The notes under the pieces were generated by a model, which saw only the letters and a list, made by a program, of their open reading frames with translations, had not been told where the DNA came from and searched no databases. A stretch of DNA of 63,625 nt, filler included. It is 9 parts of 9 records of this genome, joined end to end, with 100 filler letters (N's around TTAATTAATTAA, not from the genome) between each part and the next. Parts side by side here need not be neighbours in the genome. Positions count along the whole stretch, not along the records: positions 49,652 to 57,772 come from SRR31147125_54387; positions 57,873 to 63,625 come from SRR31147125_54577; 7 more parts are not named here. One strand, written 5' to 3'. Positions within the stretch are counted from its first letter, which is position 1; the number at the start of each line of letters is the position of its first letter. Shown here in pieces: positions 49,881-61,105 of the stretch. Position numbers and translations under genes: made by a program.

Positions 49881-50789
49881 ATGGATTGGAATAATTATCA
49901 GGAGTTTTTTTTGATAAAACAGATATTGTGGATTGTTCTATCTTGTCATATTTTCTTCTGTTCTTGTCGTCACGAAAATCAGGCCAATGAAAACCAGGAT
50001 AATCTGTTTTTTGCCATGGATACCGGGACAAAAGATGACAAGCATGACACTGTTTTAAAACAGGTCGAAATGCTAAAAGAATTGGGATACGATGGAATAG
50101 ACCACACAGGTTGCCAGGATTTGCCTGCACTTCTCGCGCAAACAGACAAAAATGGATTAAAATTGTTCGCTCTTTATCTCAATGTGACAATATATCCTGA
50201 TTCCGTCACGTATGACAAAGGTTTAAAAGAAGCGATTACTTTGCTCAAAGACCGGGATGTTTTCCTGTGGGTTCCTCTCAGAAACAAAAGTGTTCCGGTA
50301 TCCTCACAAGAAGGGGATGAAGCTGCTATTCAGGTTGTTCGTGAATTGGCGGACATGGCCGCAGAATCCGGATTAAAAATCGCCCTCTATCCTCATACCC
50401 ATTTTTGGATGGAGCGCATTGAAGATGCTCTTCGGGTGGCACAAAAGGTCAATCGGAACAATGTAGGTGTTACCATTAATTTATGTCATTGGTTAAAGGT
50501 CGATAAAAATAAATCAATAAATTCACTTGTTGAGATGGCCATGCCTTATTTGTTTTTGGTGACGATTAATGGTGCTGATTATGAGGGGGATTGGAAACAA
50601 TTAATTCAACCTTTGGATAGCGGCTCGTTTGATGTTTACCCCTTTTACAGGGAACTAAAAGAGAACGGATACAAAGGGCCTATCGGATTACAAGGGTATG
50701 GAATTGGTGGAGATGTTTATCAAAATTTAAGTCAATCAATAGGCGCATGGCAAGCAATGAAAAAACGCTATTCAAGTGAACGTAAGTAA
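49881..50789 (+). CDS. Sugar phosphate isomerase/epimerase-family TIM barrel (AP endonuclease 2 fold), probable lipoprotein
   Basis: FFCSC lipobox-like, ELGYDGI, IALYPH, NLCHWL, INGAD, GYKGPIGLQGY. Confidence 0.8.
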   Translation: MDWNNYQEFFLIKQILWIVLSCHIFFCSCRHENQANENQDNLFFAMDTGTKDDKHDTVLKQVEMLKELGYDGIDHTGCQDLPALLAQTDKNGLKLFALYLNVTIYPDSVTYDKGLKEAITLLKDRDVFLWVPLRNKSVPVSSQEGDEAAIQVVRELADMAAESGLKIALYPHTHFWMERIEDALRVAQKVNRNNVGVTINLCHWLKVDKNKSINSLVEMAMPYLFLVTINGADYEGDWKQLIQPLDSGSFDVYPFYRELKENGYKGPIGLQGYGIGGDVYQNLSQSIGAWQAMKKRYSSERK

Positions 50790-51031
50790 ATGGCTGAGCG
50801 TACAAGGGTTTTAAATGCCCATAATAAAGGATAGTTGTTTTACGTTATAAATGATAATTGTCTAAAAATAGCTTTTCAAAAAGTGGATATATGTTAAATT
50901 ATAAAATAATACGCAATATTTTTCACTTTTTTTCCTTCATTTGGCAATCTTCCTCTACAGCTAAAAGACGTATATCATGTTAGCTTTATTATTTTATAAC
51001 TCACACATTATTTCTACTAAAACCAGGAGTT

Positions 51032-51874
51032 GTGCTCATGATTGTGGATTTCCACAAATGGACGCTAATATTTCTAGGGGCTGTTATGACAATGTTCATT
51101 CTACCAGTGGATATGATAGCCGGGCAAAATTCTAACGTGCTCCGGATACTCTTGTTTAGCGGTCGTAATAATCACGACTGGGAAAAAACCACACCTGTTT
51201 TAAAGCAGATTTATGAAAACAGCGGCCGCTTTGTAGTGGACGTGACAAATGATCCATCTACATATGACAAACTCGCTTTTGCTGATTATGATGTCATCGT
51301 GAGTAATTGGTGTGCATGGCCTGATGTCACCGGATGCCGATGGAGTGCAAAAACGGAAAAAGCCTTTCTTGACTTTGTGCGAAACGGAAAAGGTTTTGTC
51401 CTTTTTCATGCTGCCAGTGCGACACATCAGGATTGGCCTGAATTTCAAAAGCTGATTGGAGCCACCTGGAAACTTGACGTTACCGGGCATGGTCGTATAC
51501 ATACTTTTAAAGTACAAAATAATGATAAAAATCATCCGGTTACAAATGGTATGAAGGATTTTTGGATAAAGGACGAATTATGGCATCGAATGGCTACGCA
51601 ACCGGGTATTAACGTGTTGTGTAACACCTTATCTGAAAAAGAAAACGGCGGATCTGGAAACATCGAGCCCGTGGTCATTTGTACAGAGTTGGAAAAAGGA
51701 CGATGTTTCTATAATATATTAGGTCACAATGTAGAAACCATGCAGAATAGTGGCTGGCAATCCCTGATGCTTCGTGGAACAGAATGGGCGGCAACCGGAA
51801 AAGTAACGATCCCATTTCCAGCTAACTGGCCATCTGATGCCAGTCAAAGTATGGAACCAGATCCGAATCAATGA
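51032..51874 (+). CDS. ThuA-like (trehalose utilisation) domain protein
   Basis: SGRNNHDW, GKGFV.FHAA, HPVT.GM..F...DELW, GR.FYNILGH, RGTEWAATG. Confidence 0.85.
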   Translation: MLMIVDFHKWTLIFLGAVMTMFILPVDMIAGQNSNVLRILLFSGRNNHDWEKTTPVLKQIYENSGRFVVDVTNDPSTYDKLAFADYDVIVSNWCAWPDVTGCRWSAKTEKAFLDFVRNGKGFVLFHAASATHQDWPEFQKLIGATWKLDVTGHGRIHTFKVQNNDKNHPVTNGMKDFWIKDELWHRMATQPGINVLCNTLSEKENGGSGNIEPVVICTELEKGRCFYNILGHNVETMQNSGWQSLMLRGTEWAATGKVTIPFPANWPSDASQSMEPDPNQ

Positions 51875-51929
51875 TATTTTGTAAAGAATATAATCTAATA
51901 TTGATGTCGCTATAAACCCGGAGTATGCC

Positions 51930-53293
51930 ATGAACAGACGTCATTTTATGAAGAACCTTTCAACGATTGCCGGGGAGTATGTGCAGCGCCTTATGTAATA
52001 ACATCCAATGCGCTTGGAAATAATAATATCCCTCCTGCAAGCGATCGCATTACCATGGGCCATATAGGTGTTGGTGGCCAGGGGAGCCACTTATTACGCA
52101 ATTTTTTGCAAGTGGATAATGCGCAGAGTATTGCTGTTTGTGATGCATTCCGATCGAGACGTGAAGATCGAGCGAAACAAATTGATGCTTTTTATGGGGC
52201 AAAAGGGGGAAATAAATCCTATAAAAGTTGTAAAGTGTTCCGTGATTTTAGAGATCTTCTTGCACGGGACGATATCGACGCTGTTATTATTGCTACTCCG
52301 GATCACTGGCATGTACCTATTGGCAAGTTAGCTGTTCAGGCAGCAAAAGACATTTATGTTGAAAAACCCCTGGGTGTTTGTGTTGCTGAAAACCTGGCTT
52401 TACGCAGCGCAGTTCAGGAACATGGTTGTGTTTTTCAGTATGGAACACAACAGCGTTCCGGTCGAAATTTCCGTTTTGCCTGCGAATTGGTTCGTAATGG
52501 ACGAATAGGGCAATTGCAAACCATTCACGCCTGGTGCGCTGATATCAGCAGTCAGGAATCCGCGTTTCATTTACCTGGTGGGTCTATGATTCCCATTTCA
52601 GTACCGGAAGAATTAGATTATGATATGTGGATCGGACCAGCACCTATGTCTCCATATACAAGTGACAGGTGTACGCCTTTGGGCACTTATCACGTTTACG
52701 ACAACAGTCTTGGCTTTATTGCCGGATGGGGAGCACATCCTCTTGATATTGCTCAGTGGGGTAATAATACGGATAATACCGCTCCTGTAGTCTATGAAGG
52801 AAAAGGGACTATAGCAAAAAAGGGGCTTTGTGATACGGTAAGCAGTTGGGATATGTTGTGCCAATATGACAATGGTGTTAAAATGAGGTTTATGAATACG
52901 GAAATAGCTCGTCCTGTTGTGCAAAAATATCATCCACGATTTCATGATCATGGAACAACGTTTTTAGGATCTGAAGGATGGGTCAGTGTAAATCGAAGTG
53001 GTATTTACTCTATGCCAATGTCACTTCTGAATACTAATTTCATACCTTCTGATATACACTTGTATGAGAGCCATAATCACTATCAGAATTTTGTTGATTG
53101 TGTTCAGACACGCAAAACAGCGATTAGTACGATTGAGGCTGCCGTTCAATCAGATATTATAAGTCATCTTTGTGATATTGCCATTCGTTTGAACAGGAAA
53201 ATTCGGTGGGATCCGGAAAAAGAAACGATTATTGCAGACGATATGGCATCCCGGATGCTTGTACGTTCCTATAGAAGTCCATGGCGATTATAA
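51930..53293 (+). CDS. Tat-exported Gfo/Idh/MocA oxidoreductase; frameshift in G-run near 51972
   Basis: MNRRHFMK Tat motif at 51930 joins ASDRITMGHIGVGGQG. ATPDHWH, EKP, GTQQRS, WGAH.LD. Confidence 0.88.
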
Positions 53294-53522
53294 ATTGATT
53301 TTAAAGATGGTGTTATAAAAATCAAATCAAGCATTTTTGATATTTTTTTATTATTTTATCAGGAGATTTTGCTTCAACAAGGGTATATGGATATTAGATT
53401 TTTATGAAATTTTTAATAACGCAATACTAAAGACGCGAAAAAAAACAATGGTGTTTTTCGTACTTGAGTCGAACGAAAACCAGATGCAATTATAAATTAT
53501 TTTGATGGAGGAAGATGGAATA

Positions 53523-54852
53523 ATGCAAAAGAGCGAAAAGTCGGGTCGCCGTCATTTTTTGAAAAGGACCACTTTAGCAGTAGCAGGAGCTTTGAGTGCT
53601 CCATATATTATCCCAGCTACTGCGCTTGGAAAAAATGGAGCGGTTGCTCCCAGTGAACGTGTAACCATGGGTTGTATTGGATTAGGTTGGCAAGGCACGG
53701 GTAATATGGAAAAATTCCTGGATGAAACTGATGCCCGGATTGTTGCTGTTTGTGATATTGATGCCAATCATCTTGAAAATGCAAAAGGTCTTGTCAATAA
53801 AAAATATGGTAATCAGGATTGCGCTACCTATCATGATTATCGCGAGCTCCTTGCTCGAAAGGATATCGATGCGGTCTCACTTGGATTACCAGACCATTGG
53901 CATGCCATTCCAGCCATAGAGGCGGCCAAGGCTGGTAAAGATATATTTGGTGAAAAACCATTGTCACATAGTTTGAGAGAAGGACGCGCCATGTGTGATG
54001 CTGTCAAACGTTATAAACGTATTTGGCAAACCGGTAGCTGGCAAAGATCTCAGGCTAATTTCCGTTTTGCTGCGGAACTCGTGCGAAACGGACGTATTGG
54101 TAAAGTTCATACGGTAGAGGTTGGATTACCTGCCGGCCATTCTGACTTTGCAAAAAACAAAGACCAGAATCAGATTTGTGATCCACCAAAAGAGCTGGAT
54201 TATGAAAGATGGCTTGGTCCGGCCCCGTACTCTCCCTATGTGCCCGCCCGTGTACATAAGAATTGGCGTTGGGTATTGGATTTTGGGGGTGGACAATTGA
54301 TGGATTGGGTTGGTCATCATGTGGATATAGCTCATTGGGGTCTCGGATTCGATCGCACCGGGCCTGTTGAAGTCGAGGGATATGGTGATTACCCCACAAC
54401 CGGCATTTGGGATACAGCGACAAAATATAAACTCACGTCAAAATATGCTGATGGTACAAAGATGATCTATGGCGGAGGCTATGATGATATTTGTGATGGC
54501 AAAGGTGGTACCAAGTGGATTGGTGAAGATGGCTGGGTATGGGTTAATCGAGGCGGAAGAATTGATGCAGAGCCAAAACATCTGTTGAGGGAAATTTTTG
54601 GTCCGAAGAAGTTCATCTCTTCAAGTCGCCGGACATTGGCGAAACTTTCTGGGTTGTATTAAAAACAGAAATGAGACCATTACACCATGCGAAACGGCAC
54701 ATCGTTCCGCCACACCAGGACATCTGGGTCAAATCGCTATGTTGCTTGGCCGAAAAATTCGTTTTTATCCGGAAACAGAAGAAATTTTAAATGATCCAAC
54801 CGCATCGCGAATGCTCGGAAATGCCATGCATTCTCCGTGGTATATACAATAA
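53523..54852 (+). CDS. Tat-exported Gfo/Idh/MocA oxidoreductase; frameshifts near 54605-54632
   Basis: GRRHFLK Tat motif, IGLGWQG, PDHWH, GEKP, DWVGHHVD. The C-terminus GHWRNFLGC...MHSPWYIQ is in ORF 54598-54852. Confidence 0.88.
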
Positions 54853-54888
54853 CAATTTTAAATATAACCTAAAAGACAAGGAATAAAA

Positions 54889-56991
54889 ATGAAGACAAGA
54901 AAGATTTTTATTGGTGCCTTGCTTGCTATTTCAAGCTTTTTCGTGAGTACAGCATTTCTTCCGTCCACTAGCCTCTCACAAGAAGTAACTGAGAAGACTG
55001 ATGTAAAAGTTAAAACGATCAAGGACGTGGATGATGTATTATCCACTGTGGCAACATACGAATATGGTATGAGTCGTGAATCTCTCACACAATTAACCGA
55101 CTTTGAGAGATCCGTTTATGGTGAACCTAAAACATTAAAAAATCTTGAAAAAAAATACGTAAAGTTTCTTAAATCTGATGCCTCGCTGGCGGGAAAACAA
55201 TTTGTTTGCAGACGCCTGAGTGTGTTCGGCACAGATGAATCCGTGTCCGTCCTTGCATCCTTACTTTTGGATCCTAAAACATCCAATATGGCACGATACG
55301 CATTGGAACGAGTACAAAGTGAAAAAGTTATCAGTGCCATGCATAAGGTCTTGCCAAAAGCGAATGGTGATGTGAAAATTGGTATTATTAATACATTGGG
55401 CGAAAAAGGGGATCAAAAATCCGTTCCTGTTATTGCCCCTTTTATTTATGATAATGAACTTTCTATAGCCTCTGCTACGGCCGCCGCTTTAGGCAAGATT
55501 GCAGATCAACAGGCAATTGATGCGTTGGCAGTCGCTAAAGATAAAACATCCGGCGACATTCGGGATGCTGTTTTGGATGCGTATCTGAAATGTGCGGACT
55601 CTTTATTGGAAAAAAATCAAAACGCGGATGCCAGTGCTATTTATAAGCAATTAGATAGCTGGGATATCCCGGTTCCTGTTCGTACAGCTGCATTCAGTGG
55701 ATTTGTTTATGCTAATTTACCTCAGGCAGGCCAGATATTACATAGTGGACTACGAAATGGTGATGCTGATATCAAAACAATGGCCATTATGCTTATTCGC
55801 AATATACCGGATTTAAAGAATCTGAGTACGTTGGCTGATGAATTGCCACATCTCGCACCCATTCACAAAATTCAGCTGCTTGCCACTCTGGCTGATGTTG
55901 GCGATGCTTCAGTTCTTGAAACAGTTGTAAATGCTACAAAAGATAATGACATGGCAGTACGCGTCGCAGCATTGACAGCTTTGTCAGAATTGGGCAATGT
56001 CTCTCACGTTGAACTTTTGGCAAAAGCAGCTGCCACAGGTCAGCCAGATGAAAGTGAAGCCGCACTTGCAAGTCTTAATAGACTCAAAGGTGATGATGTG
56101 GATCAGGCGATCATAGATCTTGTTTCTGCCGCAGATCCCAAAACAAAAGTTGTTCTTGTTGAAAGCCTTGGAGAGCGTTACGCCAAACAGTCCATCAGTT
56201 TGCTTATGGAAACTGCAAATGATTCGGAGCGCAGAGTAAGAAGTGCTTCCATGAAATCCCTGGGACAGGTAGCAGATCCCACATATTTACCACAACTTGT
56301 GCAACTTTTAATTGAGATAGAAAATAACAGTGAACGTGATAAAGCTGTAACAGCTGTGGCAAATCTCGCGAAAAAAATTCCAGAGCCACAAAGTAAATCA
56401 GAACAAATCCGATCCAGATTGGCTTCTGTTTCAGAGGTGAAACCTACATGTTCTTTATTGCGTGTTCTTGGAAAATTAGGTGATGACGAGTCTTTACCGG
56501 TTTTACAGAAAGCGCTTAAAGATGACAATGGGGATATTCAGATTGCCTCTATTGAAGCTTTGTCAGAATGGCCCACAGCAGCTCCGATTAACGACTTGCT
56601 TGCTGTTGCGAAAAAATCATCAGATGTTCAACAGGTTTTAGCTCTTCGTGGTTATATTGGATTAATAAAAGATGACAAAGACCTGTCTAATGAAGAAAAG
56701 CTCGACATGTACAAAACAGCCATGGGATTAGCAGAAAATACCGGTGAAAAGAAATCAATTCTTTCAGGTGTTTCTGATGTCCGAACTCCGGAAGCCTTAA
56801 AATTCGCTTCCACATTTTTAAAAACAGAGGATGTAAAGGAAGAGGCAGAAGTGGCTGTGGAAAGATTGTCAGATAGAATTCGCAATAATCATCCGGAAGT
56901 AGCCAAAAAGGCTTTGGAGCAATTAATAAAAGTTACTGAAAACGAATCCAGACGCGAAAATGCGCAGAAAACACTGAATTCAATAAAGTAG
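54889..56991 (+). CDS. Secreted HEAT-repeat protein
   Basis: Signal peptide and repeated HEAT units (ARYALERV, IINTLGE.GD, AAAALGKI, VRVAALTAL.ELG, ALRGYI). Confidence 0.85.
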   Translation: MKTRKIFIGALLAISSFFVSTAFLPSTSLSQEVTEKTDVKVKTIKDVDDVLSTVATYEYGMSRESLTQLTDFERSVYGEPKTLKNLEKKYVKFLKSDASLAGKQFVCRRLSVFGTDESVSVLASLLLDPKTSNMARYALERVQSEKVISAMHKVLPKANGDVKIGIINTLGEKGDQKSVPVIAPFIYDNELSIASATAAALGKIADQQAIDALAVAKDKTSGDIRDAVLDAYLKCADSLLEKNQNADASAIYKQLDSWDIPVPVRTAAFSGFVYANLPQAGQILHSGLRNGDADIKTMAIMLIRNIPDLKNLSTLADELPHLAPIHKIQLLATLADVGDASVLETVVNATKDNDMAVRVAALTALSELGNVSHVELLAKAAATGQPDESEAALASLNRLKGDDVDQAIIDLVSAADPKTKVVLVESLGERYAKQSISLLMETANDSERRVRSASMKSLGQVADPTYLPQLVQLLIEIENNSERDKAVTAVANLAKKIPEPQSKSEQIRSRLASVSEVKPTCSLLRVLGKLGDDESLPVLQKALKDDNGDIQIASIEALSEWPTAAPINDLLAVAKKSSDVQQVLALRGYIGLIKDDKDLSNEEKLDMYKTAMGLAENTGEKKSILSGVSDVRTPEALKFASTFLKTEDVKEEAEVAVERLSDRIRNNHPEVAKKALEQLIKVTENESRRENAQKTLNSIK

Positions 56992-57048
56992 CAGGTTTGT
57001 TTTAAGATTCAATTTGTTTGATACTGTTTACGGAGGTTCTGGTACAAA

Positions 57049-57772
57049 GTGAAATATTCGGAAAAGGTGATGGACCATTTTCAAAATCCACATAATGTTG
57101 GCACTATAAAGAATGCAGACGGAAAAGCCATGGTTGGTGATCCAAATTGTGGTGATTTTATTCAGGTGTGGATTAATGTTAAAGATCATGTCATCAATGA
57201 TTACAAATATAAAGTTTTTGGTTGTGGTGCTGCTATTGCCACAACGAGTGTTGTCTCAGATATGTCAATCGGCAAAACAATAAACCAGGCACTGCAATTA
57301 ACTGATGATGATGTGGTTAATTATCTTGGTGGACTTCCGGAGGGCAAGAGACACTGCTCACTTTTAGGAATTCAGGGTCTTCATGTTGCCATTGCAGACT
57401 ATTTGGTGCAGAATTATCATGTGAAATATCAACAACGTATTGATTTCTACAAAAAAAAGGATTTCGATATATCTGCTTTTATTAACATGTTAACAGAACG
57501 CCTCATTGATGTACCCGATAACGCAAAAATACTGGATGTGGCGGCAGACGATGGTAATCTCGCTATCGCTATGGCTCTTGCCGGTAAAAAATGCACATCT
57601 CTCTATCGATCTGCAAAAGCTCAGCATAATGCACTATTGAATGCCACGTATTTTCATGTTGATGAATTAATTGATTTTCAACTTGACGAACATGCAGAAT
57701 TTCCCTTTGCCGAAAAGACATTTGATGCTGTTCTTTCGATGACAGCCTTGCATCATTATAAGGATACTGAAA
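57049..57772 (+). CDS. IscU/NifU_N Fe-S scaffold domain fused to a class I SAM-methyltransferase-like domain (3' truncated)
   Basis: GGAGG RBS. YSEKVMDHF.NP.NVG, CGD, FGCGAAIA, LP..K.HCS, then ILDVAADDG...FPFAEKTFDAVLS..ALHH in the same frame. Confidence 0.85.
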
Positions 57773-57872
57773 NNNNNNNNNNNNNNNNNNNNNNNNNNNN
57801 NNNNNNNNNNNNNNNNTTAATTAATTAANNNNNNNNNNNNNNNNNNNNNNNNNNNNNNNNNNNNNNNNNNNN
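57773..57872. other. Artificial contig linker
   Basis: N-run + TTAATTAATTAA + N-run. Confidence 0.98.
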
Positions 57873-57923
57873 TAAAACCGATAAGTGACGCTGTAGGGAT
57901 AAGCTGAAATTCATTGCGCCATA

Positions 57924-57950
57924 AGGCGGCGGGCAAACAGCCTGCTGCCT
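57924..57950 (+). other. Stem-loop upstream of the TRAP small permease
   Basis: AGGCGGCGGGC/GCCTGCTGCCT stem with G-U pairs and no U-tail. Confidence 0.4.
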
Positions 57951-57980
57951 CAATTATACTAACAAAAAGGAGACGCCATC

Positions 57981-58499
57981 GTGTCGGAAAATCATATCAA
58001 GATCATCAACAGAATCCGGCAACCACTCAGATATGGTTTGAAACTTCTGGACATAGTGATCAGATATCTATTGGCCCTCGGTATGGGGGTGATTTTGTTT
58101 GCTGTCGTATTCCATGTGTTTGGGAGGTATTTTGTCGGTAAAACCTATATGGGTACCATGGAGCTTGTGCGATACACAATGGTTTGGGTTACAATGTTGG
58201 GCGCTGCTGCCGCCTTCGGTGCCAATGAACATGTGGCAATCACGTTTTTCAAAGAGCGTTTGTCTAAAACGGTCTGGTTCTTGTTCAATCTTTTTGGCAA
58301 CGTAAGTTTGTGTCTGTTTTTGGTCATCATGATCATTGGGGGGATTGAGATTAGTTTCAATAACTTGAACCAAACATCCCTGGGATTACAGATATCGATG
58401 TTTTATCCATATCTTTCTGTTCCGGTGGGTGGATGCATCATGCTACCTTACATCTTGTCGAATATCCTGGAAAATTACATCGCACTGGTTTCAAAGTAG
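57981..58499 (+). CDS. TRAP transporter small permease (DctQ)
   Basis: V.GRYF, ELVRY.MVW.TMLGAA......HVAI, four TMs, AGGAG RBS. Confidence 0.9.
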   Translation: MSENHIKIINRIRQPLRYGLKLLDIVIRYLLALGMGVILFAVVFHVFGRYFVGKTYMGTMELVRYTMVWVTMLGAAAAFGANEHVAITFFKERLSKTVWFLFNLFGNVSLCLFLVIMIIGGIEISFNNLNQTSLGLQISMFYPYLSVPVGGCIMLPYILSNILENYIALVSK

Positions 58500-58518
58500 A
58501 AAAAAAGGAACGACCCAT

Positions 58519-59802
58519 ATGATTTATCTACTCTTTGCTTTATTCTTAATCCTGGCTTTTACGGGGATTCCCGTTGCATTTGCTTTGGGAACGCCAGTCG
58601 TTCTCTATGTTATCATCAAAGGTGTTCCTTTTCTGTTGATTGCCCAGAAAATGTTCACGGGGATAGATTCTTTTTTGTTGACTGCGATTCCCCTGTTCAT
58701 CCTGGCCGGAAATTTGATGAATGCGGCGAATCTCACTGAGGAACTGGTGGCATTCTGCAAAATGATTGTGGGCCGTATCCGGGGCGGTCTGGCCCATGCA
58801 AATGTGTTGATATCCATGATTTTCGCCGGTATGACCGGTGCTGGTGTAAGCGATACTGCTGCGGTTGGATCCATTCTTATTCCCGGTATGGTCAAGGACG
58901 GCTATAAAAAAGATTTTACGTGTGCGGTTACTGCCATCTCTTCTACTGTCGGGCCGATCATCCCTCCCAGTATCCCGTTTCTGGTTTATGCGTCCATGAC
59001 CGGTATGTCGGTCGGCGCTTTGTTTTTAGTCGGTCTTGTACCTGGCGTACTTTTAGGTGTTTCGCAAATGCTTGTGATTGTTTTTAAAGCGAAAACACTC
59101 GACCTGCCGCGTATGGAAGAGGATGTTTCATTCAGACAGATGGTGATGGCGGCTAAAAACGCCTTCATGGCTTTGATGCTGCCTGTGATTATTCTAGGAG
59201 GAATTGTTGGAGGCTTTGCAACGCCCACCGAATCTGCCGCCGTTGCTGCATTTTATGCGTTTATTGTCGCTACGGTTTTTCGCCGAAAAGTCGTCAGCTC
59301 CAAGATGCTGCTGCAGGTCTTCATCCAAAGTGCATTGACGACGGGCAGTATAATGATATTGCTCGGTACTGCCGCCATGTTTTCATACATCCTGACCATT
59401 GAATCGTTCCCTGAAAAAATCGCCGAACTTGTCATGGGATTGACGACCAATAAAATTTTAATTTTATTAATGGTCAATGTGGTGCTTTTGATCGTAGGTA
59501 TGTTTTTAGATGTGATACCGGCCATGCTGGTCCTCACTCCGGTATTTCTTCCGCTTATGGAATCCATCGGTGTTCATCCGCTCCATTTTGGTGCCTTCAT
59601 GGTTCTTAATCTGGTGATCGGTTTGGCCACCCCGCCCGTGGGAATGTGCCTTTTTGTGGCGGCCAATATCGGAAAACGGTCCATTGAGACAGTTTCTGTC
59701 GCCCTCATACCTTTTCTGCTAGCGGTTGTGTCGGTTTTGCTGTTTTTAACCTATTGTCCCCAGGCAGTCATGTGGATTCCAAAAATGTTCGGATATGTTT
59801 AA
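58519..59802 (+). CDS. TRAP transporter large permease (DctM)
   Basis: GIPVAFALG, AIPLFILAG.LM, GGLAHANV, GPIIPPSIP, TPTESAA, TPPVG. Confidence 0.93.
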   Translation: MIYLLFALFLILAFTGIPVAFALGTPVVLYVIIKGVPFLLIAQKMFTGIDSFLLTAIPLFILAGNLMNAANLTEELVAFCKMIVGRIRGGLAHANVLISMIFAGMTGAGVSDTAAVGSILIPGMVKDGYKKDFTCAVTAISSTVGPIIPPSIPFLVYASMTGMSVGALFLVGLVPGVLLGVSQMLVIVFKAKTLDLPRMEEDVSFRQMVMAAKNAFMALMLPVIILGGIVGGFATPTESAAVAAFYAFIVATVFRRKVVSSKMLLQVFIQSALTTGSIMILLGTAAMFSYILTIESFPEKIAELVMGLTTNKILILLMVNVVLLIVGMFLDVIPAMLVLTPVFLPLMESIGVHPLHFGAFMVLNLVIGLATPPVGMCLFVAANIGKRSIETVSVALIPFLLAVVSVLLFLTYCPQAVMWIPKMFGYV

Positions 59803-59817
59803 TGGGAGGAGCAAAAA

Positions 59818-60819
59818 ATGAAATTTGCAAAAATGATCAACACAATCGATACCCATACCCAGGGTGAACCAACTCGAATTGTTACCTCCGGGACAGGTCC
59901 GATTCCCGGAAAAACCATGTTGGAAAAAAAACAGTGGATGGTGCAGCATAACGATTCATTGCGACAGATGCTGATGTGGGAACCCCGGGGTCATGAAGGG
60001 ATGTTTGGTGCCATTATCACCGAACCTTGCAATGCTGAAGCCCATGTCGGAGTCCTTTTCATGGATGGCGGGGGATACCTGGACATGTGTGGCCACGGTT
60101 CGATGGGGATTGTCACTGCATTATTGGAAACCGGTTTTATTCAATATTTAAGTGATGCCACAGAGATTCCTATTTGTCTGGACACACCTGCCGGCCTGAT
60201 CCGCTGCAGAGCCGAAATTGACAGGCAGGGTCACGTCGGCAGCGTCACTGTCCGGAATCAGCCTGCATTCTGGCTTGACAAAATTGATCTATCCATTGGT
60301 GATTTGGAATTGATCCCTGTAAACATTGCTTACGGAGGTAATTATTTTGCCCTTGTCAACGCCTCGGATTTAAATCTGGAAGTGATCCCTTCCAATATGG
60401 ATACGCTGAAAAATCTGGCCATGACCATTCGATCTGAAGTGAACAAACAAATGAAAGTCACCCATCCAATCACCGGTGCTGTAGGCACCATATCCCTTAC
60501 AGAGATATACCAGGATTCCAACCCGCCCCGTAATATCGTCGTCTTTGGTGATGGCCAGGTGGATCGGTCACCATGCGGTACCGGCACTTCGGCTAAAATG
60601 GCATATCTTCAACATATTGGCCGATTGAAAGTCGATCAAGCCTATCCGTATCAAAGCATTTTCGGAACGGAATTCATCGGAAAAATTATCCAGACAAAAA
60701 AATGGGGAGACATAACGGCCATTGTCCCGGAAATAACAGGAAACGCTTTTATTACCGGATTTCATCAGTTTACAGCCGATTCGGAAGACAATTATAAACA
60801 TGGATTTAAAATTGCTTAA
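59818..60819 (+). CDS. Proline racemase / hydroxyproline epimerase family enzyme
   Basis: HT.GEPTR, EPRGH..MFGA, catalytic MCGHG and DRSPCGTGTSA. Confidence 0.93.
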   Translation: MKFAKMINTIDTHTQGEPTRIVTSGTGPIPGKTMLEKKQWMVQHNDSLRQMLMWEPRGHEGMFGAIITEPCNAEAHVGVLFMDGGGYLDMCGHGSMGIVTALLETGFIQYLSDATEIPICLDTPAGLIRCRAEIDRQGHVGSVTVRNQPAFWLDKIDLSIGDLELIPVNIAYGGNYFALVNASDLNLEVIPSNMDTLKNLAMTIRSEVNKQMKVTHPITGAVGTISLTEIYQDSNPPRNIVVFGDGQVDRSPCGTGTSAKMAYLQHIGRLKVDQAYPYQSIFGTEFIGKIIQTKKWGDITAIVPEITGNAFITGFHQFTADSEDNYKHGFKIA

Positions 60820-61105
60820 GGTGATTTTTGCAAATGATTATACCCGATTTCCACATTGGATGGATGCCAGGCAAAACTCTAATTGAAATATGGGGATATG
60901 TTTTCCGGAAATCACTTAATTCCTTATTTGCGTAATTCATATGTATAATGTTTTTTTAATGCGTCGAATGTATTATAATTATTGATTAAATTTCAGGTCA
61001 AGACTTGTGGACTTATCCGAAATGTGATTTGGTATGCATAGAATGAAATGCACCCGTTGTCGGAGCATAACATTGATTGTTCCGTATCACAGCGTAGGAG
61101 AAACC

